NCBI GenBank assembly: GCA_022511295.1
Contig: JAFLRT010000001.1
Coordinates: forward strand, 21,465 to 85,464
DNA from: Alistipes sp.
GTDB lineage: Bacteria; Bacteroidota; Bacteroidia; Bacteroidales; Rikenellaceae
DNA: 64,000 nucleotides
Reading direction: 5' to 3'
Shown: positions 30,536 to 40,580 of the stretch, in pieces
Layout: each line of letters starts with the position of its first letter
Numbering within the stretch: position 1 is the stretch's first letter
Notes under the pieces: model-generated
The model's database searches: none
The model's input: only the letters and a program-made list of their open reading frames with translations
Told to the model about the DNA's origin: nothing
Made by a program: the position numbers and the translations under genes

Positions 30536-31633
30536 TTATTTTGCTTCAGCATCTGCCGAGGCCTCGCAGTATGCACATCGCAGGGTGCCGTTCTCGTCGC
30601 GATGGAAAAGAGGGGCTACATCCTCGGTGGCTGTGATGCATACCGGATTGGAGCAGTGCATGGCTTCGCATCTGCATCCATTTTCGTGCTGTTGTGCCGC
30701 CGCAGGTTTCATCGTTGCGTCCGCCTCCTCCAGCAACTTGCAGATAAGAGCCATACGTACAAACTTGCCGTTCTCCACCTGACGGAAATAGGCTGCCCTC
30801 GGGTCGCTGTCCACACTCTGTGTAATCTCGTTCACGCGCGGCAGAGGATGAAGCACGACCATATCGCTCTTGGCTGACGACAATTTCTCGGGCGTAAGAA
30901 TATAGGTGTCGCGCAGACGCTCGAACTGCGCCTCATCGGTAAAACGCTCCTTCTGCACACGTGTCATATAGAGAACGTCGAGTCGGGGCATAACCTCTTC
31001 CATAGTGCGCACCTCGCTGACAGGCATATTGTGCCGCTCACAGACGTTATGGAGTATATATTCGGGCAGCCTCAACTCTTCGGGCGATATGAGTACGACC
31101 TCGATGCCGCTGTGGCGCGAGAGCGCTCTGAGCAAGGAGTGTACCGTACGACCGTAGCGCAAATCGCCGCAGAATCCTATGGTGAGATTGTCGATGCGTC
31201 CCTTCTCGCGACGTATCGTAAGCAGGTCTGTGAGTGTCTGCGTAGGGTGTGCGTGGCTGCCGTCGCCGGCATTTATCACCGGCACCGTCGCATAGTGCGA
31301 AGCCGCCAGCGGCGCCCCCTCCTTAAAGTGGCGCATGGCTATTATATCGGCAAAGCAACTTACCACGCGTACGGTGTCTGTTACCGTCTCGCCCTTCGAT
31401 ACCGACGACGAGGCTGCATCGGCAAAACCCAATACATTGCCGCCAAGTTCCATCATAGCAGCCGTGAAACTCAACCGGGTGCGTGTACTCGGCTCATAGA
31501 ATAGTGTGGCGAGTTTTCGTCCGCGACACTTTTCGCGATAGGCATCGCGGTGCGATATGATATCCAGTGCAAGTTCTATTACGGCGCTCTCCTCTGCGAG
31601 CGAGAGGTCTGACGAGTCAATCAGGTGCTTCAT
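30536..31633 (-). CDS. pyrB: Aspartate carbamoyltransferase catalytic subunit with fused PyrI-like Zn-binding domain
   Basis: FYEPSTRTRLSF, INAGDG, HPTQTLTD, HPLPR; C-terminal CSNPVCIT...LRCAYCE. Confidence 0.93.
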   Translation of the reverse strand: MKHLIDSSDLSLAEESAVIELALDIISHRDAYREKCRGRKLATLFYEPSTRTRLSFTAAMMELGGNVLGFADAASSSVSKGETVTDTVRVVSCFADIIAMRHFKEGAPLAASHYATVPVINAGDGSHAHPTQTLTDLLTIRREKGRIDNLTIGFCGDLRYGRTVHSLLRALSRHSGIEVVLISPEELRLPEYILHNVCERHNMPVSEVRTMEEVMPRLDVLYMTRVQKERFTDEAQFERLRDTYILTPEKLSSAKSDMVVLHPLPRVNEITQSVDSDPRAAYFRQVENGKFVRMALICKLLEEADATMKPAAAQQHENGCRCEAMHCSNPVCITATEDVAPLFHRDENGTLRCAYCEASADAEAK

Positions 31634-31642
31634 ATATCTGCG

Positions 31643-31698
31643 GGTTTGTCGGTTTGTTGGTTTGTCGGTTTGTTGGTTTGTCGGTTTGTCGGTTTGTC
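31643..31698. repeat. Tandem repeat (GGTTTGTY) x7
   Basis: Seven contiguous 8-bp units between the pyrE stop and pyrB start. Confidence 0.95.
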
Positions 31699-31711
31699 AG
31701 GATGTTGGCGG

Positions 31712-32344
31712 TTATCTCTTTATCCAACTCTCGTCCGAGGGGTTTTCTCTAAAGGCGAGCAGTTGCTCCCGCTGCTCGGTGCGTATATATCCCTCCTCTG
31801 CGGCTACATCTACAAGCGTATCGAAATCGCACAGCGATATGTTCTTTACCCCGGCCTCTGCGAGCCGTTCAAGACCCCGTTTCATGCCGTAGGTGAAGAT
31901 ACTCACGATGCCAAGGACCTCTGCACCCGCTTCGCGCAACGCCTCGACTGTATCGATGCTGCTGCCGCCGGTCGATATAAGGTCCTCGACCACGACGCAC
32001 TTCTGACCCTTGCCAAGACGACCCTCGATACGGTTGCCGCGACCGTGATCCTTCGCTCCGCTGCGGACATAACCCATAGGCAGCGAGAGCAGGTGAGCCG
32101 TTATGGCCGCATGGGCTATGCCTGCGGTGGCAGTACCCATAAGCACCTCGCAGTCAGGATAGTTCTCGCGCACCAACTGCGCAAGGGCATTCTCTATATC
32201 GGTGCGTACCGTAACATCCGAAAGTGTCAGACGGTTGTCGCAGTATATGGGGCTTTTAATGCCGCTGGCCCAGGTGAAAGGCTCCTCGGGACGCAGAAAT
32301 ACGGCTCCCGTCGCAAGCAGATGTTTCGCGATTGTTCGTTTCAT
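31712..32344 (-). CDS. pyrE: Orotate phosphoribosyltransferase
   Basis: [32 protein letters not shown]. Confidence 0.95.
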   Translation of the reverse strand: MKRTIAKHLLATGAVFLRPEEPFTWASGIKSPIYCDNRLTLSDVTVRTDIENALAQLVRENYPDCEVLMGTATAGIAHAAITAHLLSLPMGYVRSGAKDHGRGNRIEGRLGKGQKCVVVEDLISTGGSSIDTVEALREAGAEVLGIVSIFTYGMKRGLERLAEAGVKNISLCDFDTLVDVAAEEGYIRTEQREQLLAFRENPSDESWIKR

Positions 32345-32451
32345 ATTCAAATGCTCATTTTTGCACAAAACAAAATAGTGTAAATAAAAATAAATATATA
32401 AATATAAAAAATATAGACGGTTATTGTGTTTTTAGGGATGCAAGACGATTA

Positions 32452-33156
32452 TTAAAGTTGCAAGAAGTCGGACAGGCAGCGGCGGTATGCCTGTACGGGG
32501 TCTGTGGCAGCCGTTATGGGACGTCCCACGACGATGAAATCCGAACCGAGTTCGCGTGCCATTGCCGGCGAGGCTGTACGCGACTGGTCGTCTGCCGTGC
32601 TGTCGGTGAATCTCACGCCCGGGGTTACGGTCAGGAATGTCTCTCCGCAGGCGTCTTTGATGGCCGAGGCTTCGAGCGGTGAGCATACCACGCCGTCGAG
32701 ACCTGCTGCGCGTGCGTTCATGGCGTAGCGGGTTATGCAGTCGCCTATGGAGGTGTCGATAAGCAGTTCGCTGCGCATAGTATCTTCACTTGTCGAGGTG
32801 AGTTGCGTTACGGCGACTATAAGCGGTCGTGTGCCGTCCTCGCGTGTGGCACCTTCTACGGCAGCGCGCATCATGGCTGCCGTACCTGCAGCGTGTACGT
32901 TGCACATATCTATATCGAGGTGCGAGAGAACGCTCATCGTGCGTCTGACGGTATTGGGTATGTCGTGCAACTTAAGGTCGAGGAATATGCGGTGGCCTCT
33001 TCGCTTGAGTTCGCGCACGGCCTCGGCACCCTCGCCATAGTACAACTCCATACCAATCTTCAAAAATGGTTTCTCGTCGGTGAAAAGGTCTAAAAATTGA
33101 GTTGTCTGCCTCAGCGTGGGAAAGTCGCACGCTACTATTACATCGCGTTGTATCAT
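32452..33156 (-). CDS. pyrF: Orotidine 5'-phosphate decarboxylase
   Basis: VIVACDF, KIGMEL, FLDLKLHDIPNT, VTQLTS, TPGVR, VVGRPIT; ATG overlaps the pyrD stop (TAATG). Confidence 0.95.
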   Translation of the reverse strand: MIQRDVIVACDFPTLRQTTQFLDLFTDEKPFLKIGMELYYGEGAEAVRELKRRGHRIFLDLKLHDIPNTVRRTMSVLSHLDIDMCNVHAAGTAAMMRAAVEGATREDGTRPLIVAVTQLTSTSEDTMRSELLIDTSIGDCITRYAMNARAAGLDGVVCSPLEASAIKDACGETFLTVTPGVRFTDSTADDQSRTASPAMARELGSDFIVVGRPITAATDPVQAYRRCLSDFLQL

Positions 33157-34079
33157 TATCTGTCTGGGTTTAGTGCTGCTCCTGTTATATCTGCAAGGCG
33201 CTCTATGCCGAGACGTTTCATCTCTTCGGGCAGCGCCTCTATAATATCCTTGCAGGCAAAGGGGTTTCGCAGGTTTTCCGCTCCCACCTCGACGGCCGTC
33301 GCGCCTGCCATCATCATCTCTATCACATCGCGGGCCGAGGCGACACCTCCGCACCCTATTACAGGCACCTTGCATACCTGCGCCACGCTCCACACGGCAC
33401 GCAGCGCTCTGGGGAAGATGGCCGCTCCCGAAAGCCCTCCCGTAGGCATAGCCGTTACGGGACGTCGGGTCGATACGTTAATGCGCATTGCTGGAACGGT
33501 GTTTATAAGACACAATCCGTCCGCACCCTCATCTTCGCAGGCACGCGCAATCTCCGCTATATCGGTTACGGCAGGCGTAAGTTTCATATAGACCGGCTTC
33601 GATGTCGCCTGCTTCACGGCGCGCGTAACAGCGGCTGCGTGGTCGGGTGAAGTACCGAAACTCATGCCTCCGCCATGCACGTTGGGACAACTTATGTTAA
33701 CCTCTATTATCTCAACCTGCTCCTCTGCATCCATACGCTCGCAGCAGTAGCGGTAGTCGTCTATGGAGAAGCCGCTTATGTTGGCTATAATCGGTTTGCG
33801 GAAGTGCCGGCGCAACCAAGGCAACTCCTCAGATATAACTTTGTCTATACCCGGATTTTGCAGACCGACGCAGTTTATAAGTCCGCCGCTGCACTCGGCT
33901 ATGCGCGGCGACGGGTTGCCTATTCGCTCCTCGCGCGTGGTACCCTTGAACGACAGTGCGCCCAAAATATTCAAATCGTAAAACTCCGACATCTCGCGTC
34001 CGTAACCGAAAGTGCCGCTGGCCGGTATAACGGGATTGTCGAGCCTTATGCCGCTCAAGATTACTGAAGTGTCTGCCAT
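33156..34079 (-). CDS. pyrD: Dihydroorotate dehydrogenase 1B catalytic subunit
   Basis: PASGTFG, GLQNPG, NISCPNV, KLTP, INT, GGLSG. Confidence 0.95.
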   Translation of the reverse strand: MADTSVILSGIRLDNPVIPASGTFGYGREMSEFYDLNILGALSFKGTTREERIGNPSPRIAECSGGLINCVGLQNPGIDKVISEELPWLRRHFRKPIIANISGFSIDDYRYCCERMDAEEQVEIIEVNISCPNVHGGGMSFGTSPDHAAAVTRAVKQATSKPVYMKLTPAVTDIAEIARACEDEGADGLCLINTVPAMRINVSTRRPVTAMPTGGLSGAAIFPRALRAVWSVAQVCKVPVIGCGGVASARDVIEMMMAGATAVEVGAENLRNPFACKDIIEALPEEMKRLGIERLADITGAALNPDR

Positions 34080-34807
34080 AATATCTCCTCCTTGTATAAT
34101 ACAGGGCCTTCCTTGCATATTCTCTTTGCGCCGGATGCGGTTTTGCAGGTGCATCCCATGCAGGCACCGAAACCGCAACCCATACGCTCCTCAAACGAGT
34201 ATTGTCCGCCGCATCGCGTCGCCTCGCACACAGCACGCATCATCGGCAGCGGGCCGCAAGCATATACATAGTCAAAATCGAGGTGCGGCAGGATATCGGT
34301 AACGAATCCCTTTGCACCGTGCGAGCCGTCCATCGTAGCGATATGCACCTCTGCTCCGAGAGCCTCCAAATCCTCCTTGAGAACAATATCATCCGCCGTA
34401 TTGAATCCAAGTACGGCCTGAACCCTCTTGCCTTCGGCGATAAGTCGTCGTGCCAGTTCCGGAAGCGGAGCCGTACCCACGCCGCCGCCGGCGAGCAGCG
34501 GTTTGAGGCTGTCGGCCTCGGGCTTAAAGCCGTTGCCCAGACCTGTCAGCACGTCAAGCCTCATACCTGCACTCATACGGCTCATAATCTCCGTACCGCG
34601 ACCCGCAATCTTGTAGACTATCGTCAGCGAATCGTCGTGCAGCATACTTACCGATATGGGACGCCGAAGATAGCACCCATCGACGGCTATATTTACGAAC
34701 TGTCCGGCAGCCGTTACGGCACTCATATCTCCTGCGAGCCGCATACGCCAAATGGAACGCGCTATCGGCTCGTTGCTTACAATCTCGTATATATCTCTCT
34801 TGCTCAT
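34061..34807 (-). CDS. pyrK: Dihydroorotate dehydrogenase electron transfer subunit
   Basis: GQFVNI, LRRPISV, GGGVG, CGP, EERMGCGFGACMGC...CKEGPV. Confidence 0.93.
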   Translation of the reverse strand: MSKRDIYEIVSNEPIARSIWRMRLAGDMSAVTAAGQFVNIAVDGCYLRRPISVSMLHDDSLTIVYKIAGRGTEIMSRMSAGMRLDVLTGLGNGFKPEADSLKPLLAGGGVGTAPLPELARRLIAEGKRVQAVLGFNTADDIVLKEDLEALGAEVHIATMDGSHGAKGFVTDILPHLDFDYVYACGPLPMMRAVCEATRCGGQYSFEERMGCGFGACMGCTCKTASGAKRICKEGPVLYKEEILWQTLQ

Positions 34808-34817
34808 ACTACTCTCT

Positions 34818-37800
34818 CTACTCGCCGTCGATAGTCGATACGCCGAGCGTTATCTCCTCCAGAACATCAAGCAATACTCGTACCGTCTCGAGTGCCGTGA
34901 ATACCGTAATATTGTTCTCTACTGCCGTACTGCGTATCTCAAAGCCATCCAAACGTGTGTTGTGTCGGTCGGTGTCTATGGTGTTTATGACATATGTTAC
35001 GTGTCCCTGGCGCAGTGTACGCAATATATCGTCGCTGCCCTCGCTCAGTTTGCGGCGCAGGCGTGTGCGTATACCGTGCTGACGCAGATAGTCCGCCGTG
35101 CCGGAGGTAGCCTCTATGTTGAAGCCCAGGTCATAGAATCTGCGGGCGATATCCAATGCGGCAGGCTTGTCTGTATCGGCTACCGTGAGCAGTACTGTGC
35201 CGTAGTTCGATACGGTTGTCCCCGACGACTGAAGAGCCTTGTACAGCGCGCGCGTGAGGGATTTATCGTAGCCTATGGCCTCGCCCGTAGACTTCATCTC
35301 GGGCGACAGGTAGGAGTCCGTGCCGCGAATCTTCGAGAAGGAGAATGCGGGAGCCTTTACGAACCACCGTTTGCGGTCCGGTGGCAGAACCTCGGTTATA
35401 CCCTGCTGCGAGAGCGACTGCCCGAGCATGACACGTGTGGCGATATCGGCCAGCGGAACACGCGTAGCCTTGGAGATAAAGGGTACGGTGCGTGAGGAGC
35501 GGGGATTGACCTCGATAACGTATACTCTCTCATTCTCATCGCAGATAAACTGTATGTTGTACAACCCTTCGACACCTATGCCTATGCCGAGACGTACCGT
35601 ATAGTCCACAATCTTCTGTCGCACGCTGTCGCTGACGCTGAAGGTGGGGTAGACGCTTATACTGTCGCCCGAGTGTATGCCCGTCTTCTCGACATGTTCC
35701 ATTATGCCGGCTATAAAGACCTGCTTCCCGTCGCATACGGCATCTATTTCGAGTTCCTTGCCGATGATATACTTATCCACAAGTACCGGCGAGTTCTCGT
35801 TAATCTCGACCGCCGTGCGCATATAGTGGCGCAGCATATCTTCATTCGACACTATCTGCATTGCGCGCCCTCCGAGAACGTAACTCGGACGCACCAGAAC
35901 CGGATAGCCTATGCGTGTTGCCGCAGCCACACCATCTTCGACTGTCGTTACGGCTTCGGCCTCCGGCTGCGGTATGCCGAGTTGCGATAGTATGCGCTCG
36001 AAGCGCCCTCTGTCCTCGGCGTTGCGTATGGCCTCGATGCCGGTACCTATAATCTTCACGCCGCGTGCCGCGAGCGGCTCGGCGAGATTGACTGCCGTCT
36101 GTCCTCCGAGCGACACTATAACGCCGTCGGGCTGCTCGAGGTGTACGATGTTCATCACATCCTCTGCCGTCAGCGGCTCAAAGTAGAGTTTGTCGCCAGT
36201 AGTGTAATCGGTCGAGACTGTCTCGGGGTTGTTATTCACTATGACAGCCTCGATGCCCTCCTCGCGCAGGGTGCGTATGGCTCTTACCGTCGAGTAATCG
36301 AACTCTATGCCCTGACCGATGCGTATCGGTCCCGAACCGATGACAAGTACCTTGCGGCGCTCGCTGCGCTGCGATTCGTTCTCATTCTCATAGGTCGAGT
36401 AAAAATACGGCACGTCGGAGGCAAACTCTCCGGCACAGGTGTCTATCATCTTGTATGAGGGGAATATGCCATTGCGCTCGCGCATACGGTACACATCGTC
36501 CTCGGAGCAGTGCCACAGAATACCTATATACTTGTCCGAGAACCCTGTGCGCTTGGCGTCGCGAAGCGTCTCGACATCCATAGGCTGCGTAGCTACAAGG
36601 CTCTCGGTCTCGACAATGCCGCGTATCTTCTCGAGGAAGAAGAGGTCTATGCGCGTGGCGGTATGTATTATCGTCGGGTCTACACCGCCTCTCAGCAGTT
36701 GGGCTATGGCGTAAAGGCGGTCGTCGCGACCCTCACGCACATAGTCGAGCATCTGCTCGTCGGACATCGTATCGAAACGCTTGTGGTGTATATGGCATAC
36801 GCCTGTCTCGAGTGAGCGCACCGACTTGAGAAGACTCTCCTCAAAGGTGCGTCCTATGCCCATAACCTCGCCTGTGGCTTTCATCTGCGTACCGAGGCGG
36901 TTCGAGGCGTCGGCGAATTTGTCGAAGGGGAAGCGGGCTATCTTTGTTACCACATAGTCCAAAGCAGGCTCGAAGCAGGCGGGTGTGCCGGCGATGCGTA
37001 TCTCGTCGAGGGTCATGCCGACGGCGATTTTTGCGCTTACGCGCGCTATGGGGTAGCCGGTAGCCTTGCTCGCAAGTGCCGAGGAGCGCGATACACGCGG
37101 ATTGACCTCGATTACATAGTATTCAAACGATAGGGGGTTGAGCGCAAACTGAACATTGCATCCGCCTTCGATTTTCAAGGCGCGTATTATCTTCAGCGCG
37201 CTGTCTCTCAGCAGTTGATACTCCTTGTTGGAGAGTGTCTGACTCGGGGCTACGACAATGGAGTCGCCGGTATGCACTCCGACAGGGTCGATATTCTCCA
37301 TATTGCATACCGCGATGGCCGTATCGGCTGCATCGCGTATCACCTCGTACTCAATCTCCTTGAAGCCCTTGATACTCTTCTCGACAAGCACCTGACGTGC
37401 CGGCGAGAGCGACAGTGCCGTGCGCATCTGCTCGGCGCACTGCTCGTCATTGTCGGCAAAACCGCCGCCGGTGCCGCCCAAAGTGAATGCCGGACGAAGT
37501 ATTACAGGATAACCTATTCTGCGTGCTATGGATACGCCCTCCTCGACCGTCGATGCGACCTGGGACGGTAGTACCGGCTCACCTATCTGTTCGCACAGCG
37601 CCTTGAACTTTTCGCGGTCTTCGGCCCTCTCGATACTCTCGAAATCGGTGCCTAAAATCTCTACCTGACACTCACGCAGTATGCCCTTGCGTGCCAGTTG
37701 CACCGCAAGGTTAAGTCCGGTCTGACCACCTAATGTGGGTACTATGGCATCGGGACGCTCATAGCGTACTATTTTGGCGACATACTCCAAGGTGAGCGGT

Positions 37801-38000
37801 TCCATATATACCTTGTCGGCGACATCCGTATCGGTCATAACCGTTGCAGGGTTGGAGTTTACAAGCACAACCTCATACCCCTCCTCCTTGAGTGCCAGGC
37901 AGGCCTGCGTACCGGCATAGTCGAACTCGGCAGCCTGACCTATGACTATCGGTCCGGAACCGATGACCATTATCTTGTGTATATCCTCTCTCTTACTCAT
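34818..38000 (-). CDS. carB: Carbamoyl-phosphate synthase large subunit
   Basis: GSGPIVIGQAAEFDY, HTGDS, EVNPRVSRSS, two ATP-grasp halves, EMKSTGE, MGS domain. Confidence 0.97.
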   Translation of the reverse strand: MSKREDIHKIMVIGSGPIVIGQAAEFDYAGTQACLALKEEGYEVVLVNSNPATVMTDTDVADKVYMEPLTLEYVAKIVRYERPDAIVPTLGGQTGLNLAVQLARKGILRECQVEILGTDFESIERAEDREKFKALCEQIGEPVLPSQVASTVEEGVSIARRIGYPVILRPAFTLGGTGGGFADNDEQCAEQMRTALSLSPARQVLVEKSIKGFKEIEYEVIRDAADTAIAVCNMENIDPVGVHTGDSIVVAPSQTLSNKEYQLLRDSALKIIRALKIEGGCNVQFALNPLSFEYYVIEVNPRVSRSSALASKATGYPIARVSAKIAVGMTLDEIRIAGTPACFEPALDYVVTKIARFPFDKFADASNRLGTQMKATGEVMGIGRTFEESLLKSVRSLETGVCHIHHKRFDTMSDEQMLDYVREGRDDRLYAIAQLLRGGVDPTIIHTATRIDLFFLEKIRGIVETESLVATQPMDVETLRDAKRTGFSDKYIGILWHCSEDDVYRMRERNGIFPSYKMIDTCAGEFASDVPYFYSTYENENESQRSERRKVLVIGSGPIRIGQGIEFDYSTVRAIRTLREEGIEAVIVNNNPETVSTDYTTGDKLYFEPLTAEDVMNIVHLEQPDGVIVSLGGQTAVNLAEPLAARGVKIIGTGIEAIRNAEDRGRFERILSQLGIPQPEAEAVTTVEDGVAAATRIGYPVLVRPSYVLGGRAMQIVSNEDMLRHYMRTAVEINENSPVLVDKYIIGKELEIDAVCDGKQVFIAGIMEHVEKTGIHSGDSISVYPTFSVSDSVRQKIVDYTVRLGIGIGVEGLYNIQFICDENERVYVIEVNPRSSRTVPFISKATRVPLADIATRVMLGQSLSQQGITEVLPPDRKRWFVKAPAFSFSKIRGTDSYLSPEMKSTGEAIGYDKSLTRALYKALQSSGTTVSNYGTVLLTVADTDKPAALDIARRFYDLGFNIEATSGTADYLRQHGIRTRLRRKLSEGSDDILRTLRQGHVTYVINTIDTDRHNTRLDGFEIRSTAVENNITVFTALETVRVLLDVLEEITLGVSTIDGE

Positions 38001-39084
38001 ACTGCTGCTCCTCCATCAGTTTTATAAATTTGTCGAACAGATACATACTGTCCTGCGGTCCGGGTGCGCTCTCCGGGTGGTACTGCACCGAAAAGACACG
38101 CTCCCTGCGGCACTCCAGACCCTCTACCGTGCCGTCCAGAAGGTTTATGTGCGTTACGCGCAGCGGCGTTGCCGTAACCGAAGCGGCTGCAACGGCGAAA
38201 TTGTGATTCTGACTCGTTATCTCCACTCTGCCCGTATCGAGATTCTTCACAGGATGGTTTCCGCCGTGATGACCGAACCTCAGACGCTCGATACATGCAC
38301 CGTAGGCTGTGGCTATGATATGATGACCCATACAGATGCCGAACATCGGAACATTGCCTCTGAGCCTGTTTACCGTCTCGACCACCGCTCCCAAATCCGA
38401 TGGGTCGCCAGGGCCGTTGGATATAAGCACTCCCGAGGGGCGGAAACTCATTATCTCCTCGGCAGACGTGTCGTATGGCACCACCGTTACATTGCAGCCC
38501 TTGTGGTTGAGGCAGCGCACGATATTGTGTTTTATGCCGCAGTCTATGGCTACAACAGTATATCTGTGGTCGGGGGTACACGAAATCCATCTCTTGCGGC
38601 AACTGACACGCGCCACATGGTCGTGCGGCATAGCGTATGAGCGAAGACGCTCCAAAGCGCTCTCTTTGGGGGTTGAGATATCTGTCAGCAGTGCGTTGCG
38701 AACGACACCTTCGCGCAGCGTGCGTATAAGCGCCCTCGTATCTATGCCCGATATGCCCGGGATGTGCATCTCCTCCATCATCTCACCCAGCGTCAGCGCA
38801 CTGCGGAAGTTGCTCGGTGTGGAGTTGTATTCGCGGACCACAAGACCTCCTATATTTGGGAATTTGGTCTCGTAGTCATCGCCTGCGATACCATAGTTGC
38901 CTATAAGAGGGTAGGCCATAACTATCATCTGGTCCGTATACGACGGGTCTGATATTATCTCCTGATAACCCACCGTCGAGGTGTTGAAGACCAGTTCGCA
39001 CAGACTTTCGCGGTCGGCGCCGAAACCGTAACCCCGAAGTTCCTCTCCACTGTCCAAGACCAATTTTTTGTCGAAAGGTTTCAT
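37993..39084 (-). CDS. carA: Carbamoyl-phosphate synthase small subunit
   Basis: GYQEIISDPSY, YPLIGNYG, SNGPGDP, GICMGH, TSQNH, QYHPE; start MKPFDK at 39084. Confidence 0.95.
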   Translation of the reverse strand: MKPFDKKLVLDSGEELRGYGFGADRESLCELVFNTSTVGYQEIISDPSYTDQMIVMAYPLIGNYGIAGDDYETKFPNIGGLVVREYNSTPSNFRSALTLGEMMEEMHIPGISGIDTRALIRTLREGVVRNALLTDISTPKESALERLRSYAMPHDHVARVSCRKRWISCTPDHRYTVVAIDCGIKHNIVRCLNHKGCNVTVVPYDTSAEEIMSFRPSGVLISNGPGDPSDLGAVVETVNRLRGNVPMFGICMGHHIIATAYGACIERLRFGHHGGNHPVKNLDTGRVEITSQNHNFAVAAASVTATPLRVTHINLLDGTVEGLECRRERVFSVQYHPESAPGPQDSMYLFDKFIKLMEEQQYE

Positions 39085-39095
39085 ATATCGTTGAA

Positions 39096-40409
39096 CTATT
39101 TCGTTTCCGTGTTTAATAATGTGGCATCGCAGTATGCCGTCTCTCCCTCCGAGATGGTCAGCATACAACGTCCGAAGACCTTACGACCCTCGAATGGCGT
39201 TGCCCTGCCTGCAGACAGAAACTCATCGGAGCGGATGGCGTACTCTCTGTCGAGGTCGAAAACGGCAATATCTGCCGCCATGCCCTCTCTCATACCTCCT
39301 CCGAGTGAGAATCTGCGTCGCGGTGCATAGCACATCAACTCCATGAGCCGCTCCATACTCATCCTGCCGCTGCGTACAAACTCGGTATAGAGCAGTGGGA
39401 ATGATGTCTCAAGCCCGACGATGCCGAAGGCGCTGCCTTCAAGTCCGCGCGACTTCTCGGCGGCGCTGTGAGGTGCGTGGTCGGTGGCAATCATATCTAT
39501 CGTGCCGTCCATAATGCCTGCAACAAGTGCTTCGCGGTCGCGTGCCGAGCGCAGCGGAGGGTTCATCTTGAATCGTCCGTCATCCTGCAAATCATCGTCG
39601 CAAAGCAGCAGGTAATGGGGTGCCGTCTCGCATGTTACATCCACACCGCGAGCCTTGGCTCGACGTATCAACTCGACACTTTCCGCCGTCGATACATGGC
39701 ATACGTGATAGCGGCAACCGCACTCCTCGGCCAACGCTATATCGCGCTCCACCTGCCGCCATTCGCTCTCGGAGCATATTCCGCGCAGATTGTTCCGGCG
39801 GGCGTAGTCGCCGTCGTGTATACATCCGCCGTTTACGAGGCTCTCGTCCTCGCAGTGAGCGGCGATGACGGCTCCGCAGCGGGCTGCGGTCTGCATGGCT
39901 TGCTTCATAACCGTCCGGTCTTTTACGCCGCAGCCGTCATCTGAAAAGCCTGCTGCATACGGGGACAGTCTCTCTATATCGACAACATCGCCATATCCCT
40001 TGCGACCGTGTGTAATGGAGGCGTATGGCATAACTTTAATCACGGCGTCGCGCGCAATTATATTCTGCTGCACGGCGAGGTTCTCCATAGAGTCGGGTAC
40101 GGGGTCGAGATTGGGCATTGAACAGATGGTTGTGAAGCCTCCGTGTGCTGCCGCACGTGTCCCCGAGGCTATGGTCTCCTTGTATGAGAAACCGGGTTCG
40201 CGAAGATGCACATGGACATCGGCCAGTCCGCAGAATACGTGCAGCCCCCCGAGGTCAAAGAGCCGTGCAGAGCCGTATGCAGTCAGATTGTCTGCTATAG
40301 TTGCTATGCGTCCGTCTTCGATAAGTATATCTGCCGTGCGGCAGGAGCCATCATCCATATGCACCATACCGCCCTTGAGCAACAATCTTCCGCTATCCAT
40401 ACCTTGCAT
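39096..40409 (-). CDS. pyrC: Dihydroorotase (type I)
   Basis: DVHVHLREPG, GGFT, HCED, HVCHVST, KMNPPLR, ATDHAPH. Confidence 0.95.
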   Translation of the reverse strand: MQGMDSGRLLLKGGMVHMDDGSCRTADILIEDGRIATIADNLTAYGSARLFDLGGLHVFCGLADVHVHLREPGFSYKETIASGTRAAAHGGFTTICSMPNLDPVPDSMENLAVQQNIIARDAVIKVMPYASITHGRKGYGDVVDIERLSPYAAGFSDDGCGVKDRTVMKQAMQTAARCGAVIAAHCEDESLVNGGCIHDGDYARRNNLRGICSESEWRQVERDIALAEECGCRYHVCHVSTAESVELIRRAKARGVDVTCETAPHYLLLCDDDLQDDGRFKMNPPLRSARDREALVAGIMDGTIDMIATDHAPHSAAEKSRGLEGSAFGIVGLETSFPLLYTEFVRSGRMSMERLMELMCYAPRRRFSLGGGMREGMAADIAVFDLDREYAIRSDEFLSAGRATPFEGRKVFGRCMLTISEGETAYCDATLLNTETK

Positions 40410-40418
40410 CCTTGCAGC

Positions 40419-40450
40419 AAAAAAAAGGGCGACCGAAAAACGGCCACCCT
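40419..40450 (-). terminator. Attenuator terminator in the pyr operon leader
   Basis: Minus strand AGGGTGGCCG-TTTTT-CGGTCGCCCT (10 bp, 2 G-U) plus T7, ending about 10 nt before the pyrC start. Confidence 0.85.
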
Positions 40451-40458
40451 AAAACCCC

Positions 40459-40560
40459 TTAAAAAAACAATAATTGCAGAACGAACATTTGAACCGACAA
40501 TGTCGCCGGATATGATGCGACCGACACTGAAGCCGGTCTGTTATGACCTGTCGCAACCAT
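40459..40560 (-). CDS. Putative pyr leader peptide (33 aa)
   Basis: MVATGHNRPASVSVASYPATLSVQMFVLQLLFF; T-rich 3' end; stop 8 nt before the terminator stem. Confidence 0.5.
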   Translation of the reverse strand: MVATGHNRPASVSVASYPATLSVQMFVLQLLFF

Positions 40561-40580
40561 ACTGTTCACTCTGCTGTGTG

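Noticed and set aside
31643-31698. CRISPR array
   Set aside because: Contiguous 8-bp units with no spacers; no cas genes
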